64,000 nucleotides of DNA, taken from contig CALDOI010000142.1 of the NCBI GenBank assembly GCA_937912115.1, positions 2,098 through 66,097 on the forward strand. Reading direction: 5' to 3'. A program made the position numbers and the translations under genes. This document shows positions 40,454 to 51,215 of the stretch, piece by piece. The notes below the pieces were generated by a model that had not been told where the DNA came from, made no database searches, and saw only the letters and a program-made list of their open reading frames with translations. The DNA is from an uncultured Bacteroidota bacterium. Its GTDB lineage: Bacteria > Bacteroidota > Bacteroidia > Bacteroidales > F082. Numbering within the stretch: the first letter of the stretch is position 1; each line of letters starts with the position of its first letter.

Positions 40454-40603
40454 ATAACCATTATTAGTGGAGGGCAGTCGGGCGTTGATCGGGCTGCCCT
40501 TGACTTTGCCATGAAAAATAATATTAACTGCGGTGGTTGGTATCCTTTGGGGAAAATTGCTGAGGATGGTATTATTCCTGATAATTATTTTTTGGTGGCA
40601 TAA
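40454..40603 (+). pseudogene. Remnant (about the first 45 aa) of a YpsA/SLOG-type 'putative molybdenum carrier' family gene
   Basis: Reads [45 protein letters not shown], matching the N-terminal [14 protein letters not shown]...GGWCPKGR..EDG.IP..Y signature. No ATG at the start. Locally GC-rich. The 3' end runs into the prmC stop region. Not in the ORF track. Confidence 0.6.
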
Positions 40604-41451
40604 ATAAACCTGTATTTGTGATGTATATCCTTAACCAGTTTTATCTCCGAGTAATTATGTTTGTTAAACAGATTCACCAATTCACTTCCAAACGATTCAT
40701 TTATCTCCGTATAGATTCTTCCCCCATTTTTAAGTTTTACTTCAGCAAATTTCAATATTGCCTCATAAAAAATTAGCGGGTCTTCTGAAGGAACGAATAG
40801 TGCATTATGAGGCTCATAATCAATTACATTTCGTTGCATTTTTGATTTATCTTCCTGAGTAACATACGGTGGATTACTTACTATTATATCAAATATATTT
40901 TTGCTATATAAAGCATTTCCAGATAATATATCATGAACTATAAATGAAATTTCAGCATTATTCAAAACTGCATTTTCATTTGCTAATTTTATCGCAGATA
41001 CTGAAATATCAGTAGCAAAAACGGACGGCTTTTTTAGCTGGGAATATAAACTTACCGCAATACACCCACTACCCGTACCAATATCAATAACACTTAGCCC
41101 CGTCTTATTCTCTTTTTTCACAATTAGTTGAACCAGCTCTTCAGTCTCTGGTCTGGGTATTAGCACATCTTTTGAAACTCTGATATTCAATCCTTGAAAT
41201 TCAACTTCTCCTGTGATATATTGAACAGGCCTATGTTTTTTAAGCTCTTTTACAGCCATGTGTAATTTTAAGATTTCCGACTCCATTAGCCTATATTCAG
41301 GACTCATTATTAACTTAACACGAGATATCCCGAAATAATGTTCAATTAAAATTGTTAATAATTGTTCAGCTTCATTAGTATCATAATAAGATATTAGGTC
41401 TTGAATATAATACTGTTTGAGATCTTTTAATAGATTGTTCCTTATATTCAT
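40585..41451 (-). CDS. prmC: Release-factor glutamine N5-methyltransferase PrmC/HemK
   Basis: SAM motif [12 protein letters not shown] and substrate motif SNPPYV. Confidence 0.85.
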   Translation of the reverse strand: MNIRNNLLKDLKQYYIQDLISYYDTNEAEQLLTILIEHYFGISRVKLIMSPEYRLMESEILKLHMAVKELKKHRPVQYITGEVEFQGLNIRVSKDVLIPRPETEELVQLIVKKENKTGLSVIDIGTGSGCIAVSLYSQLKKPSVFATDISVSAIKLANENAVLNNAEISFIVHDILSGNALYSKNIFDIIVSNPPYVTQEDKSKMQRNVIDYEPHNALFVPSEDPLIFYEAILKFAEVKLKNGGRIYTEINESFGSELVNLFNKHNYSEIKLVKDIHHKYRFIYATKK

Positions 41452-41477
41452 ATGTGCAAGGTACTACAATTCTTTAT

Positions 41478-41485
41478 TATGTTTG
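41478..41485 (+). promoter_or_regulatory. Bacteroidetes-type -7 box TATGTTTG
   Basis: TAnnTTTG 19 nt upstream of the internal ATG at 41505. This argues against the listed start at 41454. Confidence 0.45.
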
Positions 41486-41504
41486 TATTATCTTAATTAA
41501 GTTT

Positions 41505-42071
41505 ATGGAAAATATTTTGAGGATAGTACCCGATATGGTAAAAAACAACGTTATAATTATTACAGGCAATAAGGGAGAGGGTAAAACTACTAAGCTTCAG
41601 AGGATTGTTAAACTTATCAAAAAAGAGAAAATAAGCATGACAGGCTTTTTAGCTTACGCAGATTTGAAAGATGGTGATAGAAATGGATATACATTAGTTG
41701 ATATTGTTTCGTCTAAATCTATAATTCTATGCTCGAATGAGCCCTGTAGTACCTATGAAAAGATTGGGAGATTTTATTTTAATCCATTGGCTATTAAATT
41801 CGGACAAAAACTACTTAACACAAATCCGGTTGAAAAAACCTTGATTGTAATTGATGAAGTTGGACCTTTCGAATTACAAAATAAAATATGGTACGATTCA
41901 CTCGTTTATCAACTTGGAATACCTAAAAACGTTATTTTGCTTATAGTAAGAACAAAATTAGTTGATGAAATTATTAGAAAATTTGAGATTACCAATGCTA
42001 AGATATACAAACTAAGCGGAGATGACATGGACATAGTAAATGAGATAAAAACGCATTTCCAGATTCAATAG
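41505..42071 (+). CDS. Small P-loop NTPase (THEP1/DUF2478-like)
   Basis: Start moved to MENILRIV. Walker A GNKGEGKTT, Walker B-like LIVIDEVGPFE. Confidence 0.55.
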   Translation: MENILRIVPDMVKNNVIIITGNKGEGKTTKLQRIVKLIKKEKISMTGFLAYADLKDGDRNGYTLVDIVSSKSIILCSNEPCSTYEKIGRFYFNPLAIKFGQKLLNTNPVEKTLIVIDEVGPFELQNKIWYDSLVYQLGIPKNVILLIVRTKLVDEIIRKFEITNAKIYKLSGDDMDIVNEIKTHFQIQ

Positions 42072-42216
42072 ATATTAGCGAAGTCAGAAAACATCACTTT
42101 TAAGTAACAAAATCAGCAATATTCATGTATACACCTCTACTTACAATTGATGAATACATGTCAGGTAATGAATTATTTGAAGAATTAATAATATCAGAAT
42201 TCACAAAACCAACAAA

Positions 42217-45200
42217 ATGAATATACCAAAAAGCGCTCCAGTGCGCATTTCCATTAGATCTAAGTTGTTGATTTATATATTATTAACAGCCACAGTTATA
42301 TTTATTACAACACTAGGTTATATAGTATCGAATACTAATAAAAATGCAATTGAAGATGCCCATAAATATGTAGTTGCAACTTCACAGCAATATGCTAATG
42401 CTGTAAAAGCAACCTTAGATAATGACATTGCCATATGCCGATCGTTGGCTAATGCTTTTAGCGGTTATAAGGATATTAGCTCAAAACAGAGGTACAATAT
42501 CTATAATCAAATAATGAAGAACACACTTATTAATAATCCTCAGTTTAAATCAATTTGGACAAGTTGGGAGTTGAATGCTATAGATCCAAATTTTACCGAG
42601 ATTAATGGTAGAGATCGATATATGTATTATCGCAAAGGCAATGAAATAAGATTTACAGATGAAACTATTGAGGTTGGTGAAACCAACCTTGGCGGGACAT
42701 ACTATGATATTAAAGGAAATCCTCGTGAGGTTCTTACCGATCCATATTATGATACATATATTGACCAACAAGGCGTTCAATTATTAATGTCGAGCATCGC
42801 GATTCCATTACTTGATAATGGCATTTTCGCCGGTCTTACTGGGGCAGATATTGAGATGGGAAGGTTTTATGACGTAATTAGTAATATAGTTCCTTTTACA
42901 GGAAGCTATGCCATTATGATTTCCGGTAGCGGACAAATTATTGCACATCCCGATAATAATCTTATAAACACATCAATACTTGATACTGAATTAGGTAAAC
43001 ACTCCAGTGTTAATTTAGGCAACAAACTAAAAACCGGTGATTCTTTTTCTTATAGTGAAGATGCTGAGGGGCTGTTTATATCATTTGCTCCGTTTAACCC
43101 TGGCACCTCAAACGAAACATGGTTTATAATAATTGTAGTTCCATCGGATATAATTCTGTTAAAAGCTGAGAATACATTTAAAATTTCAGTTATTGTGGGA
43201 TTTTTTGGCATATTGATTTTGGCACTTCTTATTTGGTTTATTGCAAGATCTATAACCTCTCCTCTTATTAAGACCACTAAAATTTTAAACCAACTGTCAA
43301 CCGGCGATATTAAAGACTTGGAAGTATTTAAAGTAAATACCCATGATGAATTGGCCGAAATGGCTAAAGCTCTGCAAACGCTTTCAAACTCTCTTAAGAC
43401 AAATGCCGATTTTGCAATAAATATTGGTGAAGGTAATCTTAGCCAAAGTTACAACCCATTAAGTAAGGATGATATATTGGGTAATGCTCTTATTCACATG
43501 AGGAAAAACTTGTTGGATTTAAGGGGTGTAAACGAAAAAAATCGTTGGATGCAAACATCTCTTGTAAGAATTAGTGAGTTACTCCAGGGAGAAAAATCTA
43601 TATCTGATCTTGGGAATCAAATTCTTGCTGCTTTGGCAGAGATTCTGGATATCCAAATTGCTTCGATATTTTTTAACGATAATGGCGAATTGATACTATC
43701 AAGCTCATATTCATACAACGTCAGAAAATCAAATCTTAATAGATTTAAGTTTGGCGAAGGGCTAATTGGCCAGGCAGCAATTGAACAGAAATTATTAGTA
43801 TTTACTGATGTTCCCGAAGATTACATAAGTATTAAATCAGGACTTGGAGAGATTAAACCATCCGTAATTGTTGTGGCTCCTCTTGTTTATCAAAAAGAAA
43901 TTGTGGCAGTTATTGAACTTGGTAGCACTAAAGAAATGACCTTAAGTAAGCTCGATTTCATAACTCAGATATCTGAAAATCTGGCCTTGGGATTTAACTC
44001 CATTAATACGCGTAACGAAATGAAAGTTCTTTTAGCTAAAACACAAACTCAGGCAGAAGAACTAAGAGTACAACAGGAAGAGCTAGTTGGCTCAAATAAA
44101 GAATTAGAAGCTCAAACAAATGCTTTAAAAGTAAGCGAAGAAGAACTTCAGCAACAGCAGGAAGAATTAAGGGTAACAAATGAGGAACTTGAAGAAAAAA
44201 CAAAATTCCTTGAGCAGCAAAGAGTAGATATTACCAATAAAAATTTAGAGCTGGAAAATGTTGGTAAAAACCTAGAACATAAAGCCAAAGAACTTGAAAT
44301 TGCAAGTAAATATAAGTCCGAATTTTTGGCTAATATGTCACACGAGTTACGTACACCTCTAAATAGTTTATTAATACTATCCGGTAGCTTGTCGGAAAAT
44401 AGAGAAGAAAACCTTACCGAAGAACAGGTTGAGTCTGCAGAGATAATTTACAAAAGCGGTAACGACCTACTTACCATGATAAACGACATTCTTGATTTAT
44501 CAAAAATTGAGTCGGGCAAAATGGATGTTAATATTACAAACGTCCAACTCGAAAATATAGCAGATAATATCCGAGATTATTTCAAGCATGGTACTTCACA
44601 AAAAAATCTCGACTTCATTGTGGAAATTGATAGTGACATTCCGGATATAATATCAACTGATCAACAAAAAGTTGAACAAATACTGAAAAACTTTATGTCG
44701 AACGCCCTTAAGTTCACCGACAAAGGAAACATCACACTAAAGTTTCATTCATCAACAGAGAATAATAATTCTGAAGAAGATAAAGTTTGTATATCTGTAA
44801 TCGATACGGGAATTGTGATACCTGAAGATAAACAATTGGCAATATTTGAAGCATTCCAACAAGCCGATGGTAGCATTTCAAGAAGATTTGGAGGAACAGG
44901 TCTTGGACTCTCAATATCACGAGAATTGTCAAAACTACTTGGTGGAAGAATAACACTGGAAAGTAAAGTTGGTGAAGGATCAACATTCTCATTCTGTATT
45001 CCTGTAAAGGCAAATCTAAAAAAATCAGAAGAAAAGAAAACAACATCAACCGTAACAAAAGGAGGTGAAAAACCAAAAACTAATAATGCTGAAAAAGTTG
45101 ATGAAACTAATAACACGATGTTTGTAACTAACCATCCTGCTTTTATAGATGATGATTATGGTAAAACGAGCAACGACGATAAAGTAATTTTGGTAATTGA

Positions 45201-46347
45201 AGACGATCCAAATTTTGCAAAAATTCTTTATAAACATTGTCATAACAGAGGATTTAGCTGCATTGCTTCTTCAACAGGTGAACATGGCATTGAATTGGCA
45301 AATAGTATACTCCCAAGCGCAATTATACTCGACATTAAACTACCAGGCATTGATGGTTGGAGGGTTCTTGATTTAATAAAGGAAAACCCAAATACTCGTC
45401 ATATACCAGTTCATATTATGTCAGGAGATGAGGAGAATATTACTGCTTCATCCAAAGGTGCCATCGGCTACCTAACCAAGCCAATATTAAAAGGATCGAT
45501 TGACGAGGCATTTAGTAAAATAGAATCATTCATCAATAAAAAAACCGGCAACCTGCTATTAATAGAGGATGATGAAAATTTGAGAAAATCCATCAAAATA
45601 TTAATAGGAGACAACAATGTTAATATAACTGATGCTGCAACTGGAAATGAGGCTATTGAATTACTAAAACACAATAATTACGACTGTATGATACTCGATT
45701 TAGGTTTGTCGGATATGAGTGGATTCGAACTTATCGACAAGCTGAATAATACAAATACAAGTCGGCCTCCCATTATTGTTTATACTGGTAGAGACTTAAC
45801 GAAGAAAGAAAATGCCACCCTTGAAAAATATGCCGAATCAATTATCATAAAGGGTGTAAAATCGGAGGAAAGACTATTGGATGAAACAGCCCTATTTATG
45901 CATCGAGTAATTGCCGACATGCCAAAGAAACAACAAACCTTAATAAAAAGCATGCATAATAAAGAGGATGTTTTCAAAGACAAGACAGTACTAATTGTTG
46001 ATGATGATATGCGAAATGTATTTGCGTTAACAAAAGTTCTTTCTGAACAAAATATGAAAATATCACGTGCCGAAAATGGAAAAGTAGCACTAGATCTTAT
46101 AAATGCAAGCCCTAAATTTGATGTGATTCTAATGGATATTATGATGCCTGTAATGGATGGCTATGAAACCATGGAAGCCATTAGGAAAATTCCCTCGCAA
46201 AAACATGTTCCAATAATTGCCCTTACTGCAAAGGCTATGAAAGAAGACAGACAGAAATGTATCGACTCGGGTGCCAATGATTATATGGCAAAGCCAATTG
46301 TTATTGAAAAACTTTTATCTTTGTTAAGAGTATGGTTATATAAATAA
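42217..46347 (+). CDS. Hybrid sensor kinase F: TM, Cache-like domain, TM, HAMP, GAF, long coiled coil, HisKA, HATPase and three receivers
   Basis: Same order as gene C. QQEEL/NEELEE heptad region. H-box [21 protein letters not shown]. Receivers VILVIEDDPN, LLLIEDDEN (followed by SEERLLDETALFMHRV) and VLIVDDDMRN. Confidence 0.9.
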   Translation: MNIPKSAPVRISIRSKLLIYILLTATVIFITTLGYIVSNTNKNAIEDAHKYVVATSQQYANAVKATLDNDIAICRSLANAFSGYKDISSKQRYNIYNQIMKNTLINNPQFKSIWTSWELNAIDPNFTEINGRDRYMYYRKGNEIRFTDETIEVGETNLGGTYYDIKGNPREVLTDPYYDTYIDQQGVQLLMSSIAIPLLDNGIFAGLTGADIEMGRFYDVISNIVPFTGSYAIMISGSGQIIAHPDNNLINTSILDTELGKHSSVNLGNKLKTGDSFSYSEDAEGLFISFAPFNPGTSNETWFIIIVVPSDIILLKAENTFKISVIVGFFGILILALLIWFIARSITSPLIKTTKILNQLSTGDIKDLEVFKVNTHDELAEMAKALQTLSNSLKTNADFAINIGEGNLSQSYNPLSKDDILGNALIHMRKNLLDLRGVNEKNRWMQTSLVRISELLQGEKSISDLGNQILAALAEILDIQIASIFFNDNGELILSSSYSYNVRKSNLNRFKFGEGLIGQAAIEQKLLVFTDVPEDYISIKSGLGEIKPSVIVVAPLVYQKEIVAVIELGSTKEMTLSKLDFITQISENLALGFNSINTRNEMKVLLAKTQTQAEELRVQQEELVGSNKELEAQTNALKVSEEELQQQQEELRVTNEELEEKTKFLEQQRVDITNKNLELENVGKNLEHKAKELEIASKYKSEFLANMSHELRTPLNSLLILSGSLSENREENLTEEQVESAEIIYKSGNDLLTMINDILDLSKIESGKMDVNITNVQLENIADNIRDYFKHGTSQKNLDFIVEIDSDIPDIISTDQQKVEQILKNFMSNALKFTDKGNITLKFHSSTENNNSEEDKVCISVIDTGIVIPEDKQLAIFEAFQQADGSISRRFGGTGLGLSISRELSKLLGGRITLESKVGEGSTFSFCIPVKANLKKSEEKKTTSTVTKGGEKPKTNNAEKVDETNNTMFVTNHPAFIDDDYGKTSNDDKVILVIEDDPNFAKILYKHCHNRGFSCIASSTGEHGIELANSILPSAIILDIKLPGIDGWRVLDLIKENPNTRHIPVHIMSGDEENITASSKGAIGYLTKPILKGSIDEAFSKIESFINKKTGNLLLIEDDENLRKSIKILIGDNNVNITDAATGNEAIELLKHNNYDCMILDLGLSDMSGFELIDKLNNTNTSRPPIIVYTGRDLTKKENATLEKYAESIIIKGVKSEERLLDETALFMHRVIADMPKKQQTLIKSMHNKEDVFKDKTVLIVDDDMRNVFALTKVLSEQNMKISRAENGKVALDLINASPKFDVILMDIMMPVMDGYETMEAIRKIPSQKHVPIIALTAKAMKEDRQKCIDSGANDYMAKPIVIEKLLSLLRVWLYK

Positions 46348-46352
46348 GATAA

Positions 46353-47924
46353 ATGCCACCTAAACCAAAGATATTAATAGTAGATGATAGAAGAGAGAAT
46401 CTGGTTGCTCTGGAGGTAGTCCTTAAAGGGCTTGATGTTGAATTTATAAGAGCATTATCAGGTAACGAGGCATTAGGCCTGGTTCTAAAACATGAATTTG
46501 CAATTGGTATTATTGATGTTCAAATGCCTGATATGGATGGCTTTGAAACAGTTGAGCTTATTCACAACGATCCATCTATCAAATATTTTCCAGTAATTTT
46601 TGTTTCTGCTATATACAAAGAAGAGCAGTACGTATTAAAAGGAATAGAAACCGGTGCTGTTGATTTTATTTCAAAACCAATTGTGCCAGCTATATTACAG
46701 GGAAAAGTAAAAGTTTTTCTGGATTTATATAAGCAAAAGAAGTTGTTAGAAGTCACTAATAATGAGTTAATTATTGCCAAGGAAAAGGCAGAGAAAAAGG
46801 ATTTACTTAAATCATTGTTTTTAGCTACTATGTCGCATGAAATTCGCACTCCAATGAATGGTATTATTGGTGTATCAGAACTTCTTAAACAAACCCCCTT
46901 GAACTCGGAACAGGAAGACCTGGTTAATATTATGTCTGTATCCGGAAATAACTTATTAATTATAATTAACGACATACTTGATATTTCGAAGATTGAAGCC
47001 GGACAAATTACACTTGAAAACATTACATTTGACCTCTATAATATTGCAACCGAAACTGTTTCACTACTTGATGTTAAAGCCAGAGATAATGGAATCAAAC
47101 TTATTTTAAAGATTGAAAAAACTGTTCCTAAGATTGTTATTGGGGATCCAATGAGGCTTAAACAAATTTTACTTAATCTTGCTAACAATGCAATTAAATT
47201 TACCAAAGAAGGCAGTGTTACCATAAATATTTCGCAACTACCTGAGAAAAATAGAAAGCATCATATAGAATTTAAGGTTATTGATACCGGCATTGGCATA
47301 CCCGAAAATGATAAGGACAAACTCTTTAAACTCTTTAGTCAGGTAAACCAAACTACGCAGCGAGAATATGGCGGTACAGGTTTGGGTTTAGCCATTTCCA
47401 AAAAACTTGTTGAGTTAATGAATGGTGAAATAGGTGTTGATAGTATACCTGATATTGGATCAACATTCTGGTTCAATGTGTTTTTTGACAAATCAATTGA
47501 TGAAGATATTAAACATGAGAATGTTGTTGAAGAAAAACTAAGCTCAACAACTAATTTAAATATCTTACTTGTTGAAGATAATCTAATCAATCAAAAGATA
47601 GCCTCGGGTGTAATTAAGCAACTCGGTCACACTATTTCTGTTGCTGACAATGGAAAAATAGGTGTTGAAATGTATAAAGCATACAGTTATGATCTTGTGC
47701 TAATGGATATTCAGATGCCGGTAATGGATGGTTTTACAGCCGTTAAGGAAATTCGTGAATGGGAACATGATGAAAGAAAACAACCTGGTTACATAATAGC
47801 ACTAACTGCAAACGCATTGAAAGAAGACAAAGAAAAATGTTTTGAAGTTGGAATGAATGATTTTTTAGCTAAGCCTTTTAAAATAAAAGACATACAAGGT
47901 GCAATATCAAAAATTTATAAATGA
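46353..47924 (+). CDS. Hybrid kinase G: receiver, HisKA, HATPase, receiver
   Basis: Starts 5 nt after gene F. N-terminal receiver [10 protein letters not shown]...[13 protein letters not shown]-box [17 protein letters not shown]-terminal receiver [10 protein letters not shown]...[13 protein letters not shown]. Confidence 0.9.
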   Translation: MPPKPKILIVDDRRENLVALEVVLKGLDVEFIRALSGNEALGLVLKHEFAIGIIDVQMPDMDGFETVELIHNDPSIKYFPVIFVSAIYKEEQYVLKGIETGAVDFISKPIVPAILQGKVKVFLDLYKQKKLLEVTNNELIIAKEKAEKKDLLKSLFLATMSHEIRTPMNGIIGVSELLKQTPLNSEQEDLVNIMSVSGNNLLIIINDILDISKIEAGQITLENITFDLYNIATETVSLLDVKARDNGIKLILKIEKTVPKIVIGDPMRLKQILLNLANNAIKFTKEGSVTINISQLPEKNRKHHIEFKVIDTGIGIPENDKDKLFKLFSQVNQTTQREYGGTGLGLAISKKLVELMNGEIGVDSIPDIGSTFWFNVFFDKSIDEDIKHENVVEEKLSSTTNLNILLVEDNLINQKIASGVIKQLGHTISVADNGKIGVEMYKAYSYDLVLMDIQMPVMDGFTAVKEIREWEHDERKQPGYIIALTANALKEDKEKCFEVGMNDFLAKPFKIKDIQGAISKIYK

Positions 47925-48111
47925 TATTCCTACTAAAGCTTGAACTTTAGAAATTAGTATCCTCTCTTATTGCAAATTTCATAACTAATAAACTCTTTAT
48001 ATACATGATATTTATCATTAGTAATGATGGTTATACAAAAAAACGTACTGTTTTTATACTAAAAAAATGTATTTTAGCGGCCAGTAATTGTTATTTTAAT
48101 CAATCAAAACT

Positions 48112-48594
48112 ATGATTTCTTTCACAAAACTTATAAGTAAGCTTGTGCTTACTATTTTGGTATTTTTATTAATTCTACCAGGCATATTAAATGCGCAAGA
48201 AGGCAATTACCTCGGTTGTGAAAAAAAAATCCACCCCGAAGAATTATTGGCAAAAGCAATGATAGCTGATTTCAGCAACAACCTCAGCGAAAAAATATAT
48301 GAGGACTCAAAAAACTCTTATTTTGCTGTAGACGTTGCAAAACTTAATACGAAATTTGAGAGAATAAGATTATTGGAATTAAGTTATAGTGATGATGCTC
48401 TTGTTAGTATAGGTACAGATGAAAATAGACTCTTCTATTTCTTTTTAGTAAATAATATACTTAACAAAACACCTGAAGATATTAACAACACATTCATTGG
48501 TTTCCAAACTCAGGCAACAGTAGAATCAGCTAAACTAAACGAGGAACAACTCCGACTTTGGTTATTACAGCACGATAAATTATCAAAAAAATAG
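48112..48594 (+). CDS. Hypothetical small secreted protein
   Basis: Signal-like LVLTILVFLLILPGILNAQ. No family recognised. Confidence 0.5.
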   Translation: MISFTKLISKLVLTILVFLLILPGILNAQEGNYLGCEKKIHPEELLAKAMIADFSNNLSEKIYEDSKNSYFAVDVAKLNTKFERIRLLELSYSDDALVSIGTDENRLFYFFLVNNILNKTPEDINNTFIGFQTQATVESAKLNEEQLRLWLLQHDKLSKK

Positions 48595-48620
48595 TAGGTT
48601 AAACCAATCACATCTTAACA

Positions 48621-51170
48621 ATGAAAAAATTTATACTTATAATAATATTATTTATTTCATTTGATACAGTTACTTTTGGACAAGCCGGACTATGTGAAAT
48701 ATCTGATCCATTTTGCACAAGTAGCATCTATACTTTCCCGGCTGGAGTAAATACAGGAACTGCTCAATCGGGGCCAAATTATGGATGTTTAGGCACTCAA
48801 CCAAATCCCGCATGGTATCATATGAAAATAGCAGTTGCGGGAAATATTAATATATATATGTCTACGCTACCCTTAAGGGATATCGATTTTATTTGTTGGG
48901 GACCATTTACTGACCCATATGATCCTTGCGCATCTTCGCTAACAAATAATATGATAGTTGATTGTAGCTTTTCGGCCAACCCTACTGAAAATTGTTATAT
49001 TCCAAATGGGCAAGTTGAGGAATATTATATATTATTGATTACGAACTATTCTAATCAAGCTTGCAACATAACTTTCCAAAAAACTTCTGGAACTGGTGAA
49101 ACGGACTGTACAATTGTTCCACCACCGGTTTCAAATAATGGTCCTTTATGTATTCACGATAATCTGGAATTATATGCTGATTACGTTAGCAATGCAACAT
49201 ATGCCTGGACCGGACCTGCAGGTTTTACATCAAATGAACAAAATCCTGTGATATCAGATGTTGACATGACAAATGCAGGGACTTATCAACTTATTATTAC
49301 AGTTAATGGTAGCCCCAGTGACCCTGTTGAAACACATGTTACTATAAATGCTCTATCAAATGCCGACTTTACTTTTAATGATGCATGTTTCGGAGAAACT
49401 ACATTTTTTGTCGATGAATCAACCATAGAACCAACTACTTCTTCAATTACCTCCTGGAACTGGGAATTTGGAGATGGACAGCAAGGTGTGGGTCAAAATC
49501 AAGAACATACCTATGGTGACGTTGGTGATTACAGTGTTACATTAACAACCTATACAGGATTTGCACAATGCCCTAATTCTGAAACAAAAACAGTTACTGT
49601 TTTTAGTGCTGCTACAGTAGATGCTGGTGCTGACATTACAATTCCAAATGGATGGAATACCCAGTTGGATGCAACAGTTAGCGGAGGAACCGGTGGTTAT
49701 GACTTATTATGGCAACCCGAGAACCTGTTGATTGATCCAAGTGTAGTTGACCCTACAACAATAGCATTATCAGCTACAGCTGTATTTAAACTTAACGTAA
49801 CAGATGCAAGCTCAGGTTGTAATAGTGCTGATAGCATGACCGTATTAGTTACCGGAGGCGCATTAGGCGTTACAGCTACTGCCAGCCCAATGACTATATG
49901 TCAGGATGAAATTGTTAATCTGGTTGCTCTTCCTTCAGGTGGGTCAGGAAATAATTCCTATAGTTGGACATCTAATCCTCCAGGTTTTGTAGCTGACATT
50001 AAAGAACCTTCCGATTTTCCTCAGGTAACAACAACTTATTTTGTTTCTGTTTTTGATGGACAAAATACTGTTGACGCTTCAGTACAGGTAGTTGTTAAAC
50101 CAAGACCTATTGGAAATGCCGGTACAGATATACCTATAACAGTAGGAACATCTACCACCTTAACCGGATCTTCATCAAGTGGCGGTACTGGCGACTTCAC
50201 ATATTTATGGACTCCCATAAACTCCTTACTTGATCCAACATCATTACATCCACAAACCATAGTACTAGATGAAAGCACAGAATTCTATCTTCAGGTAAAT
50301 GATGCAAATGGTTGCCAAAGTGTACCTGATAATATGTTTGTATTGGTGGGTGGAGATGTACTTAGTGTTTTTCCAACATCATCCGCTCAAAACAATGTAA
50401 TTTGTCAGGGTGAAGATGTTGAACTTTTCCCTAATGCTTTTGGTGGAGGTGGAATCTATACTTTTCTTTGGACAGATGGTGGAGGGTTTAGCTCTACAGA
50501 AGAATCACCAATTGTTAGTCCATGGGAAACTACTACTTATACCATTGAAGTAAATGATTCATTTAAAACAGTTACCAATCAAATTACTATTGTAGTTAAT
50601 CACACACCAGTGGTAGATTTATTTCCAGCGGGTGCCACGCCATGGGGAATTACTACTGATACCATCAAAGTTTGTGTAAGAGATTCAGTACTACTTGATG
50701 CGGGAGATCCCATTAATCCACCGTTAATGAACTACCTGTGGTCATCTTCTGCAACCTCACGAAATATTACAGCATCTACCAATGGTAGCTGGATTGTAAT
50801 TGATAGTTATTGGGCACATGCCGAAAATCCTGTTACAGGTTGTACCGGACAAGATACCATTACAATATTTTTCGATTTTGATGAATGTAGTATCGGAATT
50901 GATGAAAATGATGGGCTATCAAATAATATTACGGTAATGCCTAATCCCACAAGTGACTTTACTACTATTGTTATTAAAGACATTGGAGGTGAAATAACTA
51001 TTAATTTGTATGATATTCAAGGTCAAACAATTTGGCAACATCGAGATGAATTAGTGCAAGGTTCCGGTTATTCAAAAGAGATTTCCTTGAAATCCCTTCC
51101 CATTGGTGTTTATTTGATAAATATAGAACACAAGAAAGGAATATTTAACAAAAGAATTATTAAGAACTAG
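48621..51170 (+). CDS. Large secreted repeat protein with a T9SS type-A C-terminal sorting domain
   Basis: Signal peptide, Cys-rich N-terminal domain, PKD-like WNWEFGDG block, and two ~167-aa super-repeats. The last ~80 aa (ITVMPNPTSDFTTIVI...GVYLINIEH...) fit the Por/T9SS type-A tail. Confidence 0.8.
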   Translation: MKKFILIIILFISFDTVTFGQAGLCEISDPFCTSSIYTFPAGVNTGTAQSGPNYGCLGTQPNPAWYHMKIAVAGNINIYMSTLPLRDIDFICWGPFTDPYDPCASSLTNNMIVDCSFSANPTENCYIPNGQVEEYYILLITNYSNQACNITFQKTSGTGETDCTIVPPPVSNNGPLCIHDNLELYADYVSNATYAWTGPAGFTSNEQNPVISDVDMTNAGTYQLIITVNGSPSDPVETHVTINALSNADFTFNDACFGETTFFVDESTIEPTTSSITSWNWEFGDGQQGVGQNQEHTYGDVGDYSVTLTTYTGFAQCPNSETKTVTVFSAATVDAGADITIPNGWNTQLDATVSGGTGGYDLLWQPENLLIDPSVVDPTTIALSATAVFKLNVTDASSGCNSADSMTVLVTGGALGVTATASPMTICQDEIVNLVALPSGGSGNNSYSWTSNPPGFVADIKEPSDFPQVTTTYFVSVFDGQNTVDASVQVVVKPRPIGNAGTDIPITVGTSTTLTGSSSSGGTGDFTYLWTPINSLLDPTSLHPQTIVLDESTEFYLQVNDANGCQSVPDNMFVLVGGDVLSVFPTSSAQNNVICQGEDVELFPNAFGGGGIYTFLWTDGGGFSSTEESPIVSPWETTTYTIEVNDSFKTVTNQITIVVNHTPVVDLFPAGATPWGITTDTIKVCVRDSVLLDAGDPINPPLMNYLWSSSATSRNITASTNGSWIVIDSYWAHAENPVTGCTGQDTITIFFDFDECSIGIDENDGLSNNITVMPNPTSDFTTIVIKDIGGEITINLYDIQGQTIWQHRDELVQGSGYSKEISLKSLPIGVYLINIEHKKGIFNKRIIKN

Positions 51171-51215
51171 CATAATAAACTAGTGTTTTTTAATCAATTA
51201 CTCTACCAATACCAG

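Noticed and set aside
40469-40501. Inverted repeat AGGGCAG...CTGCCCT as a dedicated intrinsic terminator of the phosphate transporter
   Set aside because: The loop is 16 nt and no T-run follows. The GC-rich stretch is better explained as coding sequence of the SLOG-family gene remnant ([11 protein letters not shown]).
46562-47023. 153-aa antisense ORF inside kinase G. Similar nested ORFs occur at 44745-45116, 44732-45076, 20046-20372, 22425-22757 and elsewhere.
   Set aside because: These are low-complexity Ser/Ile/Phe-rich translations lying wholly within strongly supported genes on the opposite strand. This is the typical artefact of AT-rich sequence.
47933-47950. Hairpin CTAAAG-cttgaa-CTTTAG after kinase G as a terminator
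   Set aside because: The stem is 6 bp and mostly A/T, and no downstream T-run follows. Too weak to call.
51183-51215. GTG start at 51183 for the type-B T9SS cargo gene
   Set aside because: The ATG at 51216 yields a standard signal peptide (MKKSYLPKQFVYIIALALLLSNPVFSQ). The 11 extra residues add nothing recognisable.
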